DNA of 64,000 nt from Pyrinomonadaceae bacterium (GTDB lineage: Bacteria > Acidobacteriota > Blastocatellia > Pyrinomonadales > Pyrinomonadaceae), in NCBI GenBank assembly GCA_046313635.1, contig JBKBYA010000005.1:61483-125482 (forward strand), given 5' to 3'. Positions 1-11,199 of the stretch are shown in pieces (the first letter of the stretch is position 1; each line of letters begins with the position of its first letter). Below the pieces are notes generated by a model. It did not search any database. It was not told the DNA's origin and saw only the letters and a program-made list of their open reading frames with translations. Position numbers and translations under genes: made by a program.

Positions 1-177
1 GGGGGGGGGGGGAGGGGGGGGTTGTTGGGGGGGATGGGGTGTGTCTGTGCGGTGGTGGTGGGGGGAGGTCCCTCCCCCCCCCCCACAGCACTGCGGCAGA
101 GCCGCTTTTTTATCGTCGGGTTCGCTCGTGAAACTGAAAACCTTTCCGTACGGCACTGCGCGCCCAAGTTCCGTCTT

Positions 178-753
178 TTATTGCCGCTGTACGCCGAGTG
201 AAAATCTGTCCAGGACCGAGTACACCGAACCGGTTCTCTGCAGCTTGCTTTCGTAGAGAACGATCTCTCCGACTTTAAAGGCAGCGGACTCGAATGGCAT
301 TTGAAGATGGCTAACGGCAAGGCGACCGGAGCGTTCAGTTTCTCTGAGGCGCGCGATCGTCAGGTGTGGCTTGAATTCGCGCGATTCGCGGTCGAGGCCG
401 ATGGCTTCACAGTCATTTTCGATTGCGGCCGCGAGCTTATTCATACCTTCGACGTCGCCGGCGACTCCGAGCCACAGCACACGCGGTCGGCGGACGTTCG
501 GGAAGACACCGGTTCCTGTTATCGAGAGTTCAAACGAACGAGCAGCGGCGGCCGTCGCGCGCAGACGATCGGTCAGTGATGAGATCCTCTCGTCTTCGAG
601 GTTTCCGATAAAGCGCAATGTCAGGTGCAGCTTCTCCGCGCGCTCCCACCCGACGCGCAGGTCGCTGAATTCGTTTCGCAGCCGCTCGCTGTGCGCGGCG
701 GCGAGGCGGCGGGCCTCTTCGCTGATGTCGACGGCGATAAAGATGCGTTTCAT
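178..753 (-). CDS. thpR: RNA 2',3'-cyclic phosphodiesterase (2H phosphoesterase)
   Basis: N-terminal RIFIAV and two HxT motifs (HLTL, HLTI); 191 aa. Confidence 0.92.
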   Translation of the reverse strand: MKRIFIAVDISEEARRLAAAHSERLRNEFSDLRVGWERAEKLHLTLRFIGNLEDERISSLTDRLRATAAAARSFELSITGTGVFPNVRRPRVLWLGVAGDVEGMNKLAAAIENDCEAIGLDRESREFKPHLTIARLRETERSGRLAVSHLQMPFESAAFKVGEIVLYESKLQRTGSVYSVLDRFSLGVQRQ

Positions 754-801
754 ATCGATTTTTGCGGGCGTCGGCGGCGGTTGTTAGAATTACCGACGGA
801 T

Positions 802-1914
802 ATGCATGCTCTCAAACTAGCCTCCGCCATTATTTTAATCGCGATCCTGGCCGTCGGAGGCTTTGCATTTTGGACCTACCGCTCGCTCAACTCGCCGCAC
901 ACGCACGACAAGGCGGATCAGTACATCACGATCGAAAAAGGCACGACGCCCGCGCAGATCGTCTCGCTGCTCGCGGCACAAAACATCATCGCGAGCGAGA
1001 CACCGGCGTGGCTCTACCTGCGAACCTTCGGCGATGCGTCAAAGCTGCAGGCCGGTGAATACCAATTCGAATCGCCGATCACACCGCTGCAGGTCCTCAA
1101 AGAGCTTGAGAAGGGCGAGTCACGGAGGATCCGCATCACGATCCCCGAGGGCTATACGCGATTCGATATCGCGAAGCGTATCTACAAGGCATTGCCCGGC
1201 GGCTCTCACATTCCGCTTGTCAGCGAGGCCGACATCCTCGCGATGATGGACGACACTTCGCTGATCCGCGACATCGCGCCCGAGGCCAAAAACCTCGAGG
1301 GCTATCTCTATCCGAGCACCTACGATCTGCCCGCGATGAACGCCGCCGAAGGCAAGGGCCAGGAATATGTCGTCAAGACGCTGATCGCCGCGATGGTCGA
1401 GCAGTTTCGCAAAGTGTGGACCGTCGACCGCGCGAATCAGGCCAAGCTCATCGGCCGCACACCGCACGAGATCGTGACGATCGCTTCGATGATCGAGACC
1501 GAGTCACCCGTCGAGGCCGAACGCCCCGTCGTCGCGTCGGTGATCTACAACCGGCTCAAGCGAGGCATGGCTCTCGGCATCGACCAGACCGCCGTCTACG
1601 TCGCCAAGATGGAGGGCCGCTGGGACGGCGAGATCAATCGGAGCGACCTCGACGCCGATTCACCGTACAACACGCGAAAGAAATTCGGCCTGCCGCCCGG
1701 GCCGATATCTTCGGTCTCGGAGAGCGCGATCGACGCGGCGCTCAATCCCGTGCAGAGCGACTATCTTTTCTACGTCCGCAACGTCGACGTCAACGACGGC
1801 TCGCATTGGTTCTACTCGTCGGCGGCGGAGTTCGAGAAGGGCAAGGCGAAGTATCAGGAGTGGCTTGACCAGCAGCGGGCTGAGAAGAAAGCGGCGGAAG
1901 CCAACCGGCAATAG
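802..1914 (+). CDS. mltG: Endolytic transglycosylase MltG (YceG family)
   Basis: N-terminal TM anchor, TIPEG, LEGYLYP, ASMIETE, VIYNRL, SPYNT, GLPPGPI; start moved to ATG 802. Confidence 0.93.
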   Translation: MHALKLASAIILIAILAVGGFAFWTYRSLNSPHTHDKADQYITIEKGTTPAQIVSLLAAQNIIASETPAWLYLRTFGDASKLQAGEYQFESPITPLQVLKELEKGESRRIRITIPEGYTRFDIAKRIYKALPGGSHIPLVSEADILAMMDDTSLIRDIAPEAKNLEGYLYPSTYDLPAMNAAEGKGQEYVVKTLIAAMVEQFRKVWTVDRANQAKLIGRTPHEIVTIASMIETESPVEAERPVVASVIYNRLKRGMALGIDQTAVYVAKMEGRWDGEINRSDLDADSPYNTRKKFGLPPGPISSVSESAIDAALNPVQSDYLFYVRNVDVNDGSHWFYSSAAEFEKGKAKYQEWLDQQRAEKKAAEANRQ

Positions 1915-1915
1915 A

Positions 1916-2785
1916 ATGATCAAACTTCTTGCCCTCGATCTCGACGGCACGCTGATGAATTCGCGTGGGCAGATCAGCGACGCTAATCGCGAGGCGATCA
2001 GGCGTGCGGAGGCGGCCGGCGTACTGGTGACGATCGCGACGGGACGTCGGTTCCGCGACGCGCGGCCGGTCGGACTCGATCTCGGGTTGAACGCGCCGGT
2101 CGTTTGTCACAACGGGGCCTTGCTCAAGTATGCGGACTCGCTTGAGACGGTCAACGCCTGTTTGCTGCCGCACGAGACGTGCTTTGAGATACTGCGTGTC
2201 GGTAAGGAGTTCGGCGGTGACGCTCTGGTGAGCGTCGATCCGCACGAGAAAGGCACTTTGCTGTACGACACGGTCTCAGCCGACAACATTCCACTGCAGA
2301 AATATCTCGAGTGGTCGCAGCGGCTGCACGGCGACGAGGCCGAAGCGTCGGTCGTTCATGTCGACGAGCTTCGAGACGAGATCGGCCGACACGAGGTGAT
2401 ACACATCTCGTTCTCGGGCACGTGCGGGCCGATGTACGAGATGGAGAACCTGCTCGCGGACGAGCTCGGCGAGTCGGCGACGATCCTCACGACCGTTTAT
2501 CCGCATCTCGATTTCACTTTGATCGACATTTTGCCGCCCGACGCTTCGAAAGGCGCCGGGCTCGAGCGGCTCGGAGCGATCCGAGGCATCGATCGCCACG
2601 AGATAATGGCGATAGGCGACAACTTTAACGATCTCGAGATGCTCGAGTTTGCCGGCACGGCCGTCGTGATGGGAAATGCCGACCCTAGTTTGATTGAGCG
2701 CGGCGAATTTTATACAACTTTAAGTAACGACGAGAGCGGCGTAGCGACCGCGATCGAGCGATTCATCTTAAACACGGAGAACTAA
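1916..2785 (+). CDS. Cof-type HAD-IIB hydrolase
   Basis: DLDGTL, ATGR, GDNFNDLEML motifs; ATG right after mltG stop. Confidence 0.92.
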   Translation: MIKLLALDLDGTLMNSRGQISDANREAIRRAEAAGVLVTIATGRRFRDARPVGLDLGLNAPVVCHNGALLKYADSLETVNACLLPHETCFEILRVGKEFGGDALVSVDPHEKGTLLYDTVSADNIPLQKYLEWSQRLHGDEAEASVVHVDELRDEIGRHEVIHISFSGTCGPMYEMENLLADELGESATILTTVYPHLDFTLIDILPPDASKGAGLERLGAIRGIDRHEIMAIGDNFNDLEMLEFAGTAVVMGNADPSLIERGEFYTTLSNDESGVATAIERFILNTEN

Positions 2786-2788
2786 TTG

Positions 2789-3289
2789 GTGGCTAACAGA
2801 ACTGCGGTAATCGAAACGAACAAGGGCACGATCAAATTCGAACTTCTCGAGCAGGACGCGCCGAAAACAACCGAGAACTTTCGTCTTCTGGCCGAAAAAG
2901 GCTATTACGACGGCGTGATCTTTCATCGCGTGATCAAGAACTTTATGATCCAGGGGGGCGATCCGCTCGGCGAGGGCTACGGCGGCGAATCGGCGTGGGG
3001 CGGCCGCTTTGAGGACGAGATCGACCGCAGTTCGCCGCTCTACTCGGGCGTTTACGACAAGGGCACGGTCGCGATGGCGAATGCCGGACCGAATACCAAC
3101 GGCTCGCAGTTCTTCATCATGCACATCGACTACCCTCTGCCGCCGAGCTACACCAAATTCGGCCGCGTGATCGAGGGCCAGGACGTCGTCAACAAGATCG
3201 CGGAGGTCGAGACCAATCACAAGGACAAACCGGTCGAGCCTGTCGTGATGAATCGCGTCTACATCGAGGAGGCCGCGGCCGCGTCGTAA
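2789..3289 (+). CDS. Cyclophilin-type peptidyl-prolyl cis-trans isomerase (cytoplasmic)
   Basis: [34 protein letters not shown] start assumed. Confidence 0.95.
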   Translation: MANRTAVIETNKGTIKFELLEQDAPKTTENFRLLAEKGYYDGVIFHRVIKNFMIQGGDPLGEGYGGESAWGGRFEDEIDRSSPLYSGVYDKGTVAMANAGPNTNGSQFFIMHIDYPLPPSYTKFGRVIEGQDVVNKIAEVETNHKDKPVEPVVMNRVYIEEAAAAS

Positions 3290-3738
3290 TGCGGGCCGTC
3301 ATCCAGCGCGTCTCGCGTGCGAGCGTAAAGGTCGACGGCGAGATAACCGGCGAGATCGGGCGAGGGCTGCTTGTACTGCTTGGCGTGTCGCAGAATGATA
3401 CCGAGGCAGACGCCGCGTATCTCGTCGACAAAACGCTCAATCTCAGAATATTCGACGACAGCGAGGGAAGGATGAATCTCTCGCTGCTCGACATTTCGGG
3501 CGGACTGCTGGTCGTTTCTCAATTCACGCTGTACGGCGACGCTCGTCGCGGACGGCGGCCTTCGTTCATCGACGCGGCGCGGCCTGAAGAGGCCGATCGA
3601 CTCTATCAGCACTTCGTCGCCGAGAGCCGCAAGCTCGTGCCGAATGTCGCGACCGGACGCTTTCAGGCGATGATGGATGTCGAGCTCGTCAACGATGGGC
3701 CCGTGACCATACTTCTCGACAGTGAAAAACGATTCTGA
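3289..3738 (+). CDS. dtd: D-aminoacyl-tRNA deacylase
   Basis: [19 protein letters not shown] motifs. Confidence 0.96.
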   Translation: MRAVIQRVSRASVKVDGEITGEIGRGLLVLLGVSQNDTEADAAYLVDKTLNLRIFDDSEGRMNLSLLDISGGLLVVSQFTLYGDARRGRRPSFIDAARPEEADRLYQHFVAESRKLVPNVATGRFQAMMDVELVNDGPVTILLDSEKRF

Positions 3739-3751
3739 CCCGATACGTGCT

Positions 3752-4384
3752 ATGAGAAACTTCTTTCTTGTCATCGTCATCACCACGCTCGCGCTGGCCG
3801 CCGTAGGCTGCAGCGACGGTGCGAAAAAGGCCTCGAATAAGGCCGGAGCTTCGCCCGAGGTAAAACGCGGCGTACAGCCCGTCGCCGATCCTGAGATCGC
3901 CGTGATCGAGATGGAGAACGGCTCCGCGTACGGCACGATCAAGATCGAGTTTTACTCGAACGTCGCGCCCAAGGCCGTCGAGCGGTTCAAAGAGCTTGCG
4001 CGCGCGGGTGTGTACGACGGCGTCACATTCCACCGCGTCAACGACACCGTCATCCAGGGCGGCGATCCGCTCTCGAAGGACAACGACCCCGGGAACGACG
4101 GCACTGGCAAGTCCGACAAGCCGAACGTCCCGGCCGAGTTCTCCGACCTGCAGTTCGACACAGGCATCGTCGGCGCCGCGCGCAGCGCTGATCCGAACTC
4201 GGCTAATTCTCAATTTTTCATCATGCTCAAGCGCGAGCCTAACTTTGACACGCGTTACACGATCTTCGGCAAAGTGATCGAAGGGATGAACAACGTCCGC
4301 ACGATCGCCGGCGTGCAGCCCAAAGACGGCGAGCGGCCGGTCGAGCCCGTGAGGATAAAGCACGTTTCGATCGTGCCAAGATAG
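3752..4384 (+). CDS. Cyclophilin-type PPIase, predicted lipoprotein
   Basis: Signal peptide with AVGC lipobox-like site; FHRV, IQGGDP, SANSQFFI. Confidence 0.9.
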   Translation: MRNFFLVIVITTLALAAVGCSDGAKKASNKAGASPEVKRGVQPVADPEIAVIEMENGSAYGTIKIEFYSNVAPKAVERFKELARAGVYDGVTFHRVNDTVIQGGDPLSKDNDPGNDGTGKSDKPNVPAEFSDLQFDTGIVGAARSADPNSANSQFFIMLKREPNFDTRYTIFGKVIEGMNNVRTIAGVQPKDGERPVEPVRIKHVSIVPR

Positions 4385-4421
4385 CGGCCGGCGTGTTAAT
4401 ATTTCTCTTCCGGAATTACCT

Positions 4422-4497
4422 GCTCGCGTAGCTCAGTGGATAGAGCGCTTGCCTCCGGAGCAAGAGGCCGATGGTTCGACTCCATCCGCGAGTACCA
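4422..4497 (+). tRNA. tRNA-Arg(CCG)
   Basis: Acceptor GCTCGCG/CGCGAGT, D arm TAGCTCAGTGGATAGAGC, anticodon arm CTTGC-CTCCGGA-GCAAG, GGTTCGAC, encoded CCA; 76 nt. Confidence 0.96.
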
Positions 4498-4501
4498 GAT
4501 C

Positions 4502-4545
4502 AAAAAAGAGCGAGGCTGCCTTAGAAGGCGGCCTCGCTTTTTTTG
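4502..4545. terminator. Intrinsic terminator, probably bidirectional
   Basis: A-run, GCGAGGCTGCC/GGCGGCCTCGC hairpin, T-run, between tRNA-Arg and the convergent C25 gene. Confidence 0.8.
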
Positions 4546-4631
4546 ATGCCCCCGGCTCATGTCCCCGCTAACGACGGCGCCAAAAAAGGCGCCTCGACGG
4601 CGCCTTTCGGACCAATGCGATGAGATCTGGA

Positions 4632-7223
4632 TCAGCGCACCTTTAGCATCGGGTCGCCGATGAGCACCCACGATTCACGAACGTCGCTGCCGCCTGGGAC
4701 CGTCGATTTGGCGTCGATGATCAGATCGCCGAGTCGCTGTATCGCGCCTTCGCCGATCTTCAGATAGAAGCGCTGGCCCATGATCTCTTGTACGTCGGGC
4801 GTCGTCAGGCCGCTCGATGCCCACGACGCCGCCGCGCCGCCGGCCGTCGAGTTGAGCAGATTCTCGGCAAGGCTCGTTCGAGTGATCTCATGAAAGAACC
4901 CGTTAAGGCACGTGAGCATCGTAAAGATCGTCGGGCTGCTCTGGTTGGTCAGATTGGGGACCGACAAGTTTCCAAAAAAGGCTTCTGATGCCCAAACGCC
5001 GAGCGTACCGTGACCCGAGTAATTGACGATGTACTTGCCGAGATTCATTTCCGCGATGAGCGTCTGATTCGCGTTCGGGTCGGCCCGGCTGACGATGAGA
5101 TTCGGCGTGCCTGCGGGCAAGCGATCACGCATGCGTCCGCTCATTCCGCAAAAGTCGTAGCTGGGGTTTGAGTCGCAGGCGAAGAGAGCTCCGCGCTGCA
5201 GAGACTGCATCGCGGGCTGCTCGAATGTCATTGTTTTGTTGAGAGCGTTGGTCACATGCGCGCCCGTACGAGCGGGTATCCGCCCGATCGCGATCTCGGC
5301 AAGTCCGTCGCCGTCAAAGTCGACTATCGCGTCGTCGCTGGCCGTCTCGCTATAGACCGTGTTGACGATAAATGCGGGAACGTAATTGAAATTACCAAGG
5401 CCCTCATAGTTGCGCGGATCGTAGCTGCCGTCGCCGATCAAGAGGACGTAACGCGGCGGCGTCTGCCAATTGTTCTTGGCATACTGCAGAAAGGCGCGCA
5501 TCGAGCGGGAACCCGGCGACCCGTAATTGTACTCGTCAAAGATGTCCTCGACGTTCACAACCTCGACCGCAAAGCCCTGGCCGCGGCGATAATTTGCCCA
5601 CGCTTCGGCCTGCGTCAAAAAATCCTTGTACGAAATGACGACGAGGTCGGCATTGTGGGCCGGCGTCGAGAGCGAGGAGACCCCGTTTTGAGTAACGGAC
5701 GCCGGCTGGGAGAGGGCCGAGTCTTCGACCGCAAAATACACTCGGCTGCGATGCGGCGGCAGCGACACCGAGAATCCACCGCCCGCCGTCTGGGTCTGCA
5801 GACCCGTGACGATCGACGGCTGGGCCTGATTCGTGATGTCAAAAACGCGGATCGAGCTCGACGTAAAGCCGGACACGATCGTTCCTTGGTAGTTCGGCGT
5901 AACGAGGGCGATACGCCCCGCATCTGCCTGAAACTTTCGCGAGTATGTGATCGTGATCGAGTCAAAAAAGCTGAAGTCCGTACTGGAGCCCGTCGACATT
6001 GTCAGAGCGTTATTCCCCTCGACAAACGCGCTGGCCGGGACGATGAGGTCGGTCGAATACGGCGTCCTACCCGCGGGACCGTTCGCCTGACCGATCAGTT
6101 GGCCGTTGAGAACGAGGTTGACGGTGTGAGGCACGCTGGCCGATCCGAGGGCCTTAAAGGTCAACAGCACTTCGCCCGCGTTTGTATCGACGCCGCTCAT
6201 CGAAAAGTTGAATGTGCTGGCGGTCGACGTGAGGACGCGGCCCCAGTAATTCTCTTCGTCGCCATTCAGGATGCTGTTGATATAACTCGTGCGCTCCTTC
6301 CGAATGATCGTCTGCTGGAAGTTACGCGCGAGGACGGTGCCGCCGACGCGCCGAGCCGGCACCGACGCCATCCGCATCCCGGCCGTCGGGCCGACAAGCA
6401 AAAAGTAGAATCTCGTATCGCTCTCCTGCGTGTCGATCCCATTGCCGTAAAATTCGATATAGTCGCCGTTGGGACCGACGTTGATCGCTTGCTGGTTCCC
6501 GTCCGCATAGAGCTGCCACAGCGCGGGGTCGCTCGATACATTAAACCCCGCAGCCTGCAGCTGCGATCGCGCGACGCGGTAGATGCCTTCGGACTTAACG
6601 CCGATCTTGACGCCCGGCTGCGCGGCCACCCATTTCTGCATTTCGGGATCGGGCGGCTGAGCGGCCGCCGCTGCCTCCGCCCGGAGCTCTTCGCTCATAA
6701 CCTGCTTGGTATCGGCAACCAGCGAATCGAGCTCGCTCTCCTTTCTAATAAGCGCCGCGTCGTCACCGGCCGCGGCCGAGAGGTCCTTTACCTCGGTGAC
6801 CGCTATCGGCGTCGTCGTGACCCTCGAGCCGTCGAGATGCACCGCCTCGATAACGTAAGTCGCCTTGGCCCATCCCTCATGGTCAAACGCCGCGTACCGC
6901 CGCCCGTACAGAGGGAGGTTGTGCGAGCGCGTCACGGAACCTGGGATGAGAGATCCGCGGACGGGGACGGCGCGCCCGCCCTCGATCCTCAGCACGTTAT
7001 ATCCGACCGTTCCCAGCTCTTCGCTCATCTGCCACCTTACGAGCACGCCTGACCCGTCCGACAAAGCGGCGGAATGGTTAAACTTTGTCCTCGGGGGCAG
7101 CTCTTCGCGGACCTGCGTGTAGACTGGCCGGCGAACTTTCACTCGCTTTTGTGCAAAAAGCACTTCGGTACTCGCGAAGATCATCGACACGAGCAAAAAA
7201 CCGGATACCGCTCTTTTCATCAT
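4632..7223 (-). CDS. Secreted C25 family (gingipain-like) cysteine peptidase
   Basis: Signal peptide; YVLLIGDGSYD, IGRIP, NYSGHG (His), MLTCLNG (Cys), LIGDP at C-terminus. Confidence 0.85.
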   Translation of the reverse strand: MMKRAVSGFLLVSMIFASTEVLFAQKRVKVRRPVYTQVREELPPRTKFNHSAALSDGSGVLVRWQMSEELGTVGYNVLRIEGGRAVPVRGSLIPGSVTRSHNLPLYGRRYAAFDHEGWAKATYVIEAVHLDGSRVTTTPIAVTEVKDLSAAAGDDAALIRKESELDSLVADTKQVMSEELRAEAAAAAQPPDPEMQKWVAAQPGVKIGVKSEGIYRVARSQLQAAGFNVSSDPALWQLYADGNQQAINVGPNGDYIEFYGNGIDTQESDTRFYFLLVGPTAGMRMASVPARRVGGTVLARNFQQTIIRKERTSYINSILNGDEENYWGRVLTSTASTFNFSMSGVDTNAGEVLLTFKALGSASVPHTVNLVLNGQLIGQANGPAGRTPYSTDLIVPASAFVEGNNALTMSTGSSTDFSFFDSITITYSRKFQADAGRIALVTPNYQGTIVSGFTSSSIRVFDITNQAQPSIVTGLQTQTAGGGFSVSLPPHRSRVYFAVEDSALSQPASVTQNGVSSLSTPAHNADLVVISYKDFLTQAEAWANYRRGQGFAVEVVNVEDIFDEYNYGSPGSRSMRAFLQYAKNNWQTPPRYVLLIGDGSYDPRNYEGLGNFNYVPAFIVNTVYSETASDDAIVDFDGDGLAEIAIGRIPARTGAHVTNALNKTMTFEQPAMQSLQRGALFACDSNPSYDFCGMSGRMRDRLPAGTPNLIVSRADPNANQTLIAEMNLGKYIVNYSGHGTLGVWASEAFFGNLSVPNLTNQSSPTIFTMLTCLNGFFHEITRTSLAENLLNSTAGGAAASWASSGLTTPDVQEIMGQRFYLKIGEGAIQRLGDLIIDAKSTVPGGSDVRESWVLIGDPMLKVR

Positions 7224-7443
7224 TTTGGGTACTTCCTGGGATGCGACAAAAAATCGTTGGACGCTTGATCTGCTATGACTCCGTGAAAGTGCAATTTACT
7301 ACTTTTTTCCACAATTGCCAAAGAATTTTCGGGTTGGCCCCAAGATCCCGCGGCCTGCTCGGCAACCGCTTGTCATCCGGTGCCTGCAAACAAAAAACGG
7401 CCCGCGAATCGGCGGGCCGAAGATATCGATCGCTCGGTACGGG

Positions 7444-10317
7444 CTATGAGTTCAGCAACTGCCGGAGCACGTAGGGCAGGATGCCGCCCGCCCTGTAATA
7501 TTCGACCTCGATCGGCGTGTCGATGCGGAGCGTGAGATCGACCTCCGACACCGACCCGTCCGCTCGAGAGATCCTCAGCGTGACGTCCTGTCTGGGACGG
7601 ACGTCCCGGCCGCCGAGCCCGACGATATCGAACGTCTCGCTTCCGTCAAGTTTGAGTGTCGCGGCGGATACGCCCTCTTTGAACTGCATCGGCAGCACGC
7701 CCATTCCGACGAGGTTTGAACGGTGGATGCGCTCGAACGACTCGGCGATCACCGCCTTGACGCCCATCAACGCGGTTCCCTTTGCCGCCCAGTCGCGGGA
7801 GCTCCCCGTTCCGTATTCCTTACCGGCAAAGATCACAAGCGGTACGCCGGCGTCTTTGTATCTCATCGCTGCGTCGTAGATCGACATCTGCTCGCCGTCG
7901 GGCTGGTATCTCGTAAAGCCGCCCTCGAGCGGAGCGACCATCAAATTCTTGATCCGGACGTTTGCAAACGTACCTCGCAGCATCACGCGGTCGTTGCCCC
8001 GTCGAGAGCCGTAAGAATTAAAGTCCTGAGGCTCCACGCCAAGTTCCTGAAGGTAAAGCCCGGCCGGCGAATTGGCCTTGATGGCCCCGGCCGGAGAGAT
8101 GTGGTCGGTCGTCACCGAGTCGCCGAATATCGCCAACGCCCTCGCGCCGTTCACGTCCGAGAATGACCCCGTATCCATCGAGAAGTTCTCAAAGTACGGC
8201 GGCTCCTGAATGTAGGTCGAGGAGCGGTCCCACTCATAGACCTGACCGACGGTCGATGGAATCGAGTTCCAGAGCGGATTTTGCTCGGCAAATCCCGAAT
8301 AAAGACGCTTGTAGGTCTCCGGATCGAAAGCCGCCTCGAGATACTCGCGGACCTCCTCGGTCGAGGCCCAGATGTCTTTGAGGAAAACGTCGTTCCCTTC
8401 ACGGTCCTGCCCGATCGGATTCAGGTACACGTCCTTGACGACGGTACCCGCGAGAGCGAATGCCACGACGAGCGGAGGCGACATCAGAAAGTTGGCCCTG
8501 ATGTTCTGATGGACCCGCGCTTCAAAGTTACGGTTGCCCGACAGGACCGACGCCGCGACGATATCGTTGCCGACGATCTCCTCTTCAATGGACGGGTCGA
8601 GCGGGCCGGAGTTTCCGATACAGGTCGTGCAGCCGTAGCCGACGAGATTAAACCCGATCGCGTCGAGCGACTCCTGCAATCCGGTCTTTTTGAGATACTC
8701 GGTGACAACCCGCGAGCCCGGTGCCAGCGAGGTCTTGACGTAAGGCGGCACTTTCAAGCCGAGGGCATGCGCTTTTTTTGCGACGATGCCGGCGGCGATC
8801 ATCACAGCGGGATTGGATGTGTTGGTGCACGACGTGATCGCGGCGATCAAGACATCGCCATTGCCGATCGTTGTGTCGACCGGTTCACGGTCGAGCGACG
8901 CTCCGTCGACGCGATCGGGCGTCGGGCGGTTATTCATCATCTCGACCTCGGTCGTGACGTTGGTATTTTTGACGCTGACGGCATCGCTCAAAACGGGCAG
9001 CGGCACCGAACGAGGATTCTGGTCGCCGCCGCCGGCGGTGATCGCTTCACCGTTTCGGCCGAGCGTGACGGCAAATCTTGACGCCAGATCGGACTCGGTC
9101 TTTCCGTAGCCGCCGTCGGCGACCGGCTTGGTAAACAACTCGATAAAGCGGTCGTCGAGCTGCGACAGCTCGATGCGGTCTTGCGGCCGTTTCGGCCCGG
9201 CGACCGACGGGGTCACCGTCTCTAGGTTGAGATCGAGCACAACCGAGTAGTCGACCTCGCCCTCGCGGGGGATGCCGAACATCTCCTGGGCCGTGTAGTA
9301 ATTTTTGATTGTCTCGACCTGGCGGTCGGTGCGGCCGGTATTCGCAAAGTAATCGAGCGTCTTTTCGTCCACGCCGAAAAAGCCCATCGTCGCACCGTAC
9401 TCGGGAGCCATATTGGCGATCGTCGCCCGGTCGGTCGCCCCGAGTGCCGCCGCTCCCTCGCCAAAGAATTCGACAAACTTACCGACGACATTCGCCTTGC
9501 GCAGCATCTCGGTGATCCGCAGGACGAGGTCGGTTGCAGTGGCTCCCTGCGGGAGCTCGCCGGTGAGGTGAACGCCGACCACGTCCGGCGTCAGAATATA
9601 GACCGGCTGGCCGAGCATCGCGGCCTCGGCCTCGATGCCGCCCACGCCCCAGCCGACGATCCCGAGCCCGTTGATCATCGTCGTATGAGAGTCGGTGCCG
9701 ACGAGCGTGTCGGGAAAATAGACGCCGTCCTTCTCGAACACGCCGCGTGCGAGATACTCAAGGTTGACCTGGTGGACGATGCCGATGCCCGGAGGCACGA
9801 CGCTGAAGCCGTTAAAGGCCTGAGTTCCCCACTTCAAGAATCGATATCGCTGCTCGTTGCGGCGAAATTCGACCTCCATATTCCGCCGATAGGCGTCCTC
9901 GCTGCCGGCAAAGTCGACCTGCACCGAGTGGTCGATCACCAGATCGACCGGAACGAGCGGTTCGATCACCGAAACGTCGCGTCCGAGGCGCTGCACCGCC
10001 GAGCGCATCGCCGCGAGATCGACGAGCAGCGGCACTCCTGTAAAATCCTGCAGGATGACCCGCGCCACGACGAACGGTATCTCCTGCGTACGTTCGGCGG
10101 TCGCGTCCCACGCCGCGAGTTCGCGAATGTTCGCCTCGCTTACGCGTCGCCCGTCGTCGAAGTTTCTGAGTACAGACTCGAGCACGATGCGCACACTGAT
10201 CGGCAGCCGCGACACCTTTCCGAGCCCCTGCCTCTCGAGCTCAGGCAGAGAATAGAACGTTGCTTTGCCTTCGCCGGCGGCGAAGGTCTGGCGCGTATTG
10301 AACAAGTTGTGGTCCAT
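7444..10317 (-). CDS. acnA: Aconitate hydratase A
   Basis: [64 protein letters not shown]. Confidence 0.97.
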   Translation of the reverse strand: MDHNLFNTRQTFAAGEGKATFYSLPELERQGLGKVSRLPISVRIVLESVLRNFDDGRRVSEANIRELAAWDATAERTQEIPFVVARVILQDFTGVPLLVDLAAMRSAVQRLGRDVSVIEPLVPVDLVIDHSVQVDFAGSEDAYRRNMEVEFRRNEQRYRFLKWGTQAFNGFSVVPPGIGIVHQVNLEYLARGVFEKDGVYFPDTLVGTDSHTTMINGLGIVGWGVGGIEAEAAMLGQPVYILTPDVVGVHLTGELPQGATATDLVLRITEMLRKANVVGKFVEFFGEGAAALGATDRATIANMAPEYGATMGFFGVDEKTLDYFANTGRTDRQVETIKNYYTAQEMFGIPREGEVDYSVVLDLNLETVTPSVAGPKRPQDRIELSQLDDRFIELFTKPVADGGYGKTESDLASRFAVTLGRNGEAITAGGGDQNPRSVPLPVLSDAVSVKNTNVTTEVEMMNNRPTPDRVDGASLDREPVDTTIGNGDVLIAAITSCTNTSNPAVMIAAGIVAKKAHALGLKVPPYVKTSLAPGSRVVTEYLKKTGLQESLDAIGFNLVGYGCTTCIGNSGPLDPSIEEEIVGNDIVAASVLSGNRNFEARVHQNIRANFLMSPPLVVAFALAGTVVKDVYLNPIGQDREGNDVFLKDIWASTEEVREYLEAAFDPETYKRLYSGFAEQNPLWNSIPSTVGQVYEWDRSSTYIQEPPYFENFSMDTGSFSDVNGARALAIFGDSVTTDHISPAGAIKANSPAGLYLQELGVEPQDFNSYGSRRGNDRVMLRGTFANVRIKNLMVAPLEGGFTRYQPDGEQMSIYDAAMRYKDAGVPLVIFAGKEYGTGSSRDWAAKGTALMGVKAVIAESFERIHRSNLVGMGVLPMQFKEGVSAATLKLDGSETFDIVGLGGRDVRPRQDVTLRISRADGSVSEVDLTLRIDTPIEVEYYRAGGILPYVLRQLLNS

Positions 10318-10349
10318 AGTGGCTTTTACCGAGCGGGAATCAAACTAAC

Positions 10350-10378
10350 AGTGTAAAAAGCCCTTGGGGCGAGGTCAA
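10350..10378 (-). promoter_or_regulatory. Sigma70-type promoter of acnA
   Basis: TTGACC-17 nt-TACACT on the minus strand, about 30 nt upstream of the acnA ATG. Confidence 0.6.
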
Positions 10379-10400
10379 GAATGCGGCCTCGCGTCGGCGT

Positions 10401-10430
10401 TAGACAAATTCGCGGCCGGTGTTTTATACT
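10401..10430 (+). promoter_or_regulatory. Sigma70-type promoter of tRNA-Glu
   Basis: TAGACA-18 nt-TATACT just upstream of the tRNA. Confidence 0.5.
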
Positions 10431-10445
10431 TTCGTTTCTCAACTT

Positions 10446-10520
10446 GGCGCATTCGTCTAGTGGTTAGGACGCAAGATTCTCAATCTTGAAACAGGGGTTC
10501 AATTCCCCTATGCGCTACCA
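10446..10520 (+). tRNA. tRNA-Glu(CTC)
   Basis: Acceptor GGCGCAT/ATGCGCT, anticodon arm CAAGA-TTCTCAA-TCTTG, GGTTCAA, encoded CCA; 75 nt. Confidence 0.95.
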
Positions 10521-10772
10521 GCCATTTTCCACCGAAGCCCCGTCTCCGGGCTGATCCAGCTCGATCGTCGCTACAACCGGAATGTCCGTCGAAGGCCGCG
10601 TGTTTGCCGAGTATCTCCGTGTCGAGCTAGGCATCGTAATTCGCCCGAGGGTCGGCTGCGGCGGCACGCCTTCGCCTGATACGAAAATGAGGACAAACTT
10701 TTCCGAGCTGACCGAATCTTTAGTGCGTAAGATCGCTCTTCCCGATATCAAGGCTAAATTCAGGGAGAAAAG

Positions 10773-11144
10773 ATGAAACGCAGAACACAGATCATTGTTT
10801 TGACAGCAATTTCGGCGGTCGCGATCTTTGCCGCGGCATGCCCGCAGCGGCGTTCGATCGCCGATCTCGAGGCCGATCCGGGCCGTTACGCCAATAAAGA
10901 GGTCGCAATCGCCGGCGTCGTTCGCGACAGCTACGGGCTGTCGGTGCCGGGCACGCCGATCCGCGGCGGCGTCTATAAGGTCGACGACGGGACCGGTTCG
11001 ATCTGGGTCGTGACCGAAAACACCGTCCCCGCAAAGGGCTCGGAGATAGGAGTTTCGGGAACGCTCGGCAACGGCGTCACCTGGAAGGGCCGCAATTACG
11101 GTCTCGGGATCTATGAAAAGGACCGTCGCTTCCGAAAGCGTTAG
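10773..11144 (+). CDS. Small lipoprotein, possible OB-fold
   Basis: RBS GGGAGA; signal peptide with AAAC; VAIAGVV and YKVDDGTGSIWVV resemble OB-fold strands. Confidence 0.7.
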   Translation: MKRRTQIIVLTAISAVAIFAAACPQRRSIADLEADPGRYANKEVAIAGVVRDSYGLSVPGTPIRGGVYKVDDGTGSIWVVTENTVPAKGSEIGVSGTLGNGVTWKGRNYGLGIYEKDRRFRKR

Positions 11145-11199
11145 GTCAGCCGTCATGACAGCAGCACGAGCGGAGGGCTACAATGCCCTCTGCTTTTTT

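Noticed and set aside
1..85. G-runs followed by C-runs at the window start (possible G-quadruplex or hairpin)
   Set aside because: Low-complexity sequence at the edge, unlike the rest of the window; most likely a contig-end artefact.
5256..7052. Long antisense ORFs (also 21097-22542, 28781-30109, 45350-46819)
   Set aside because: Shadow frames of real genes in GC-rich DNA; Arg/Val-rich translations with no motifs.
8860..9080. Extra segment in AcnA as another in-frame palindromic insertion
   Set aside because: No inverted arms visible; this is a known length-variable region of AcnA.
4422..10520. tRNA genes as integration sites of an island
   Set aside because: No integrase and no duplicated tRNA 3' end found; flanking genes look like core genes.
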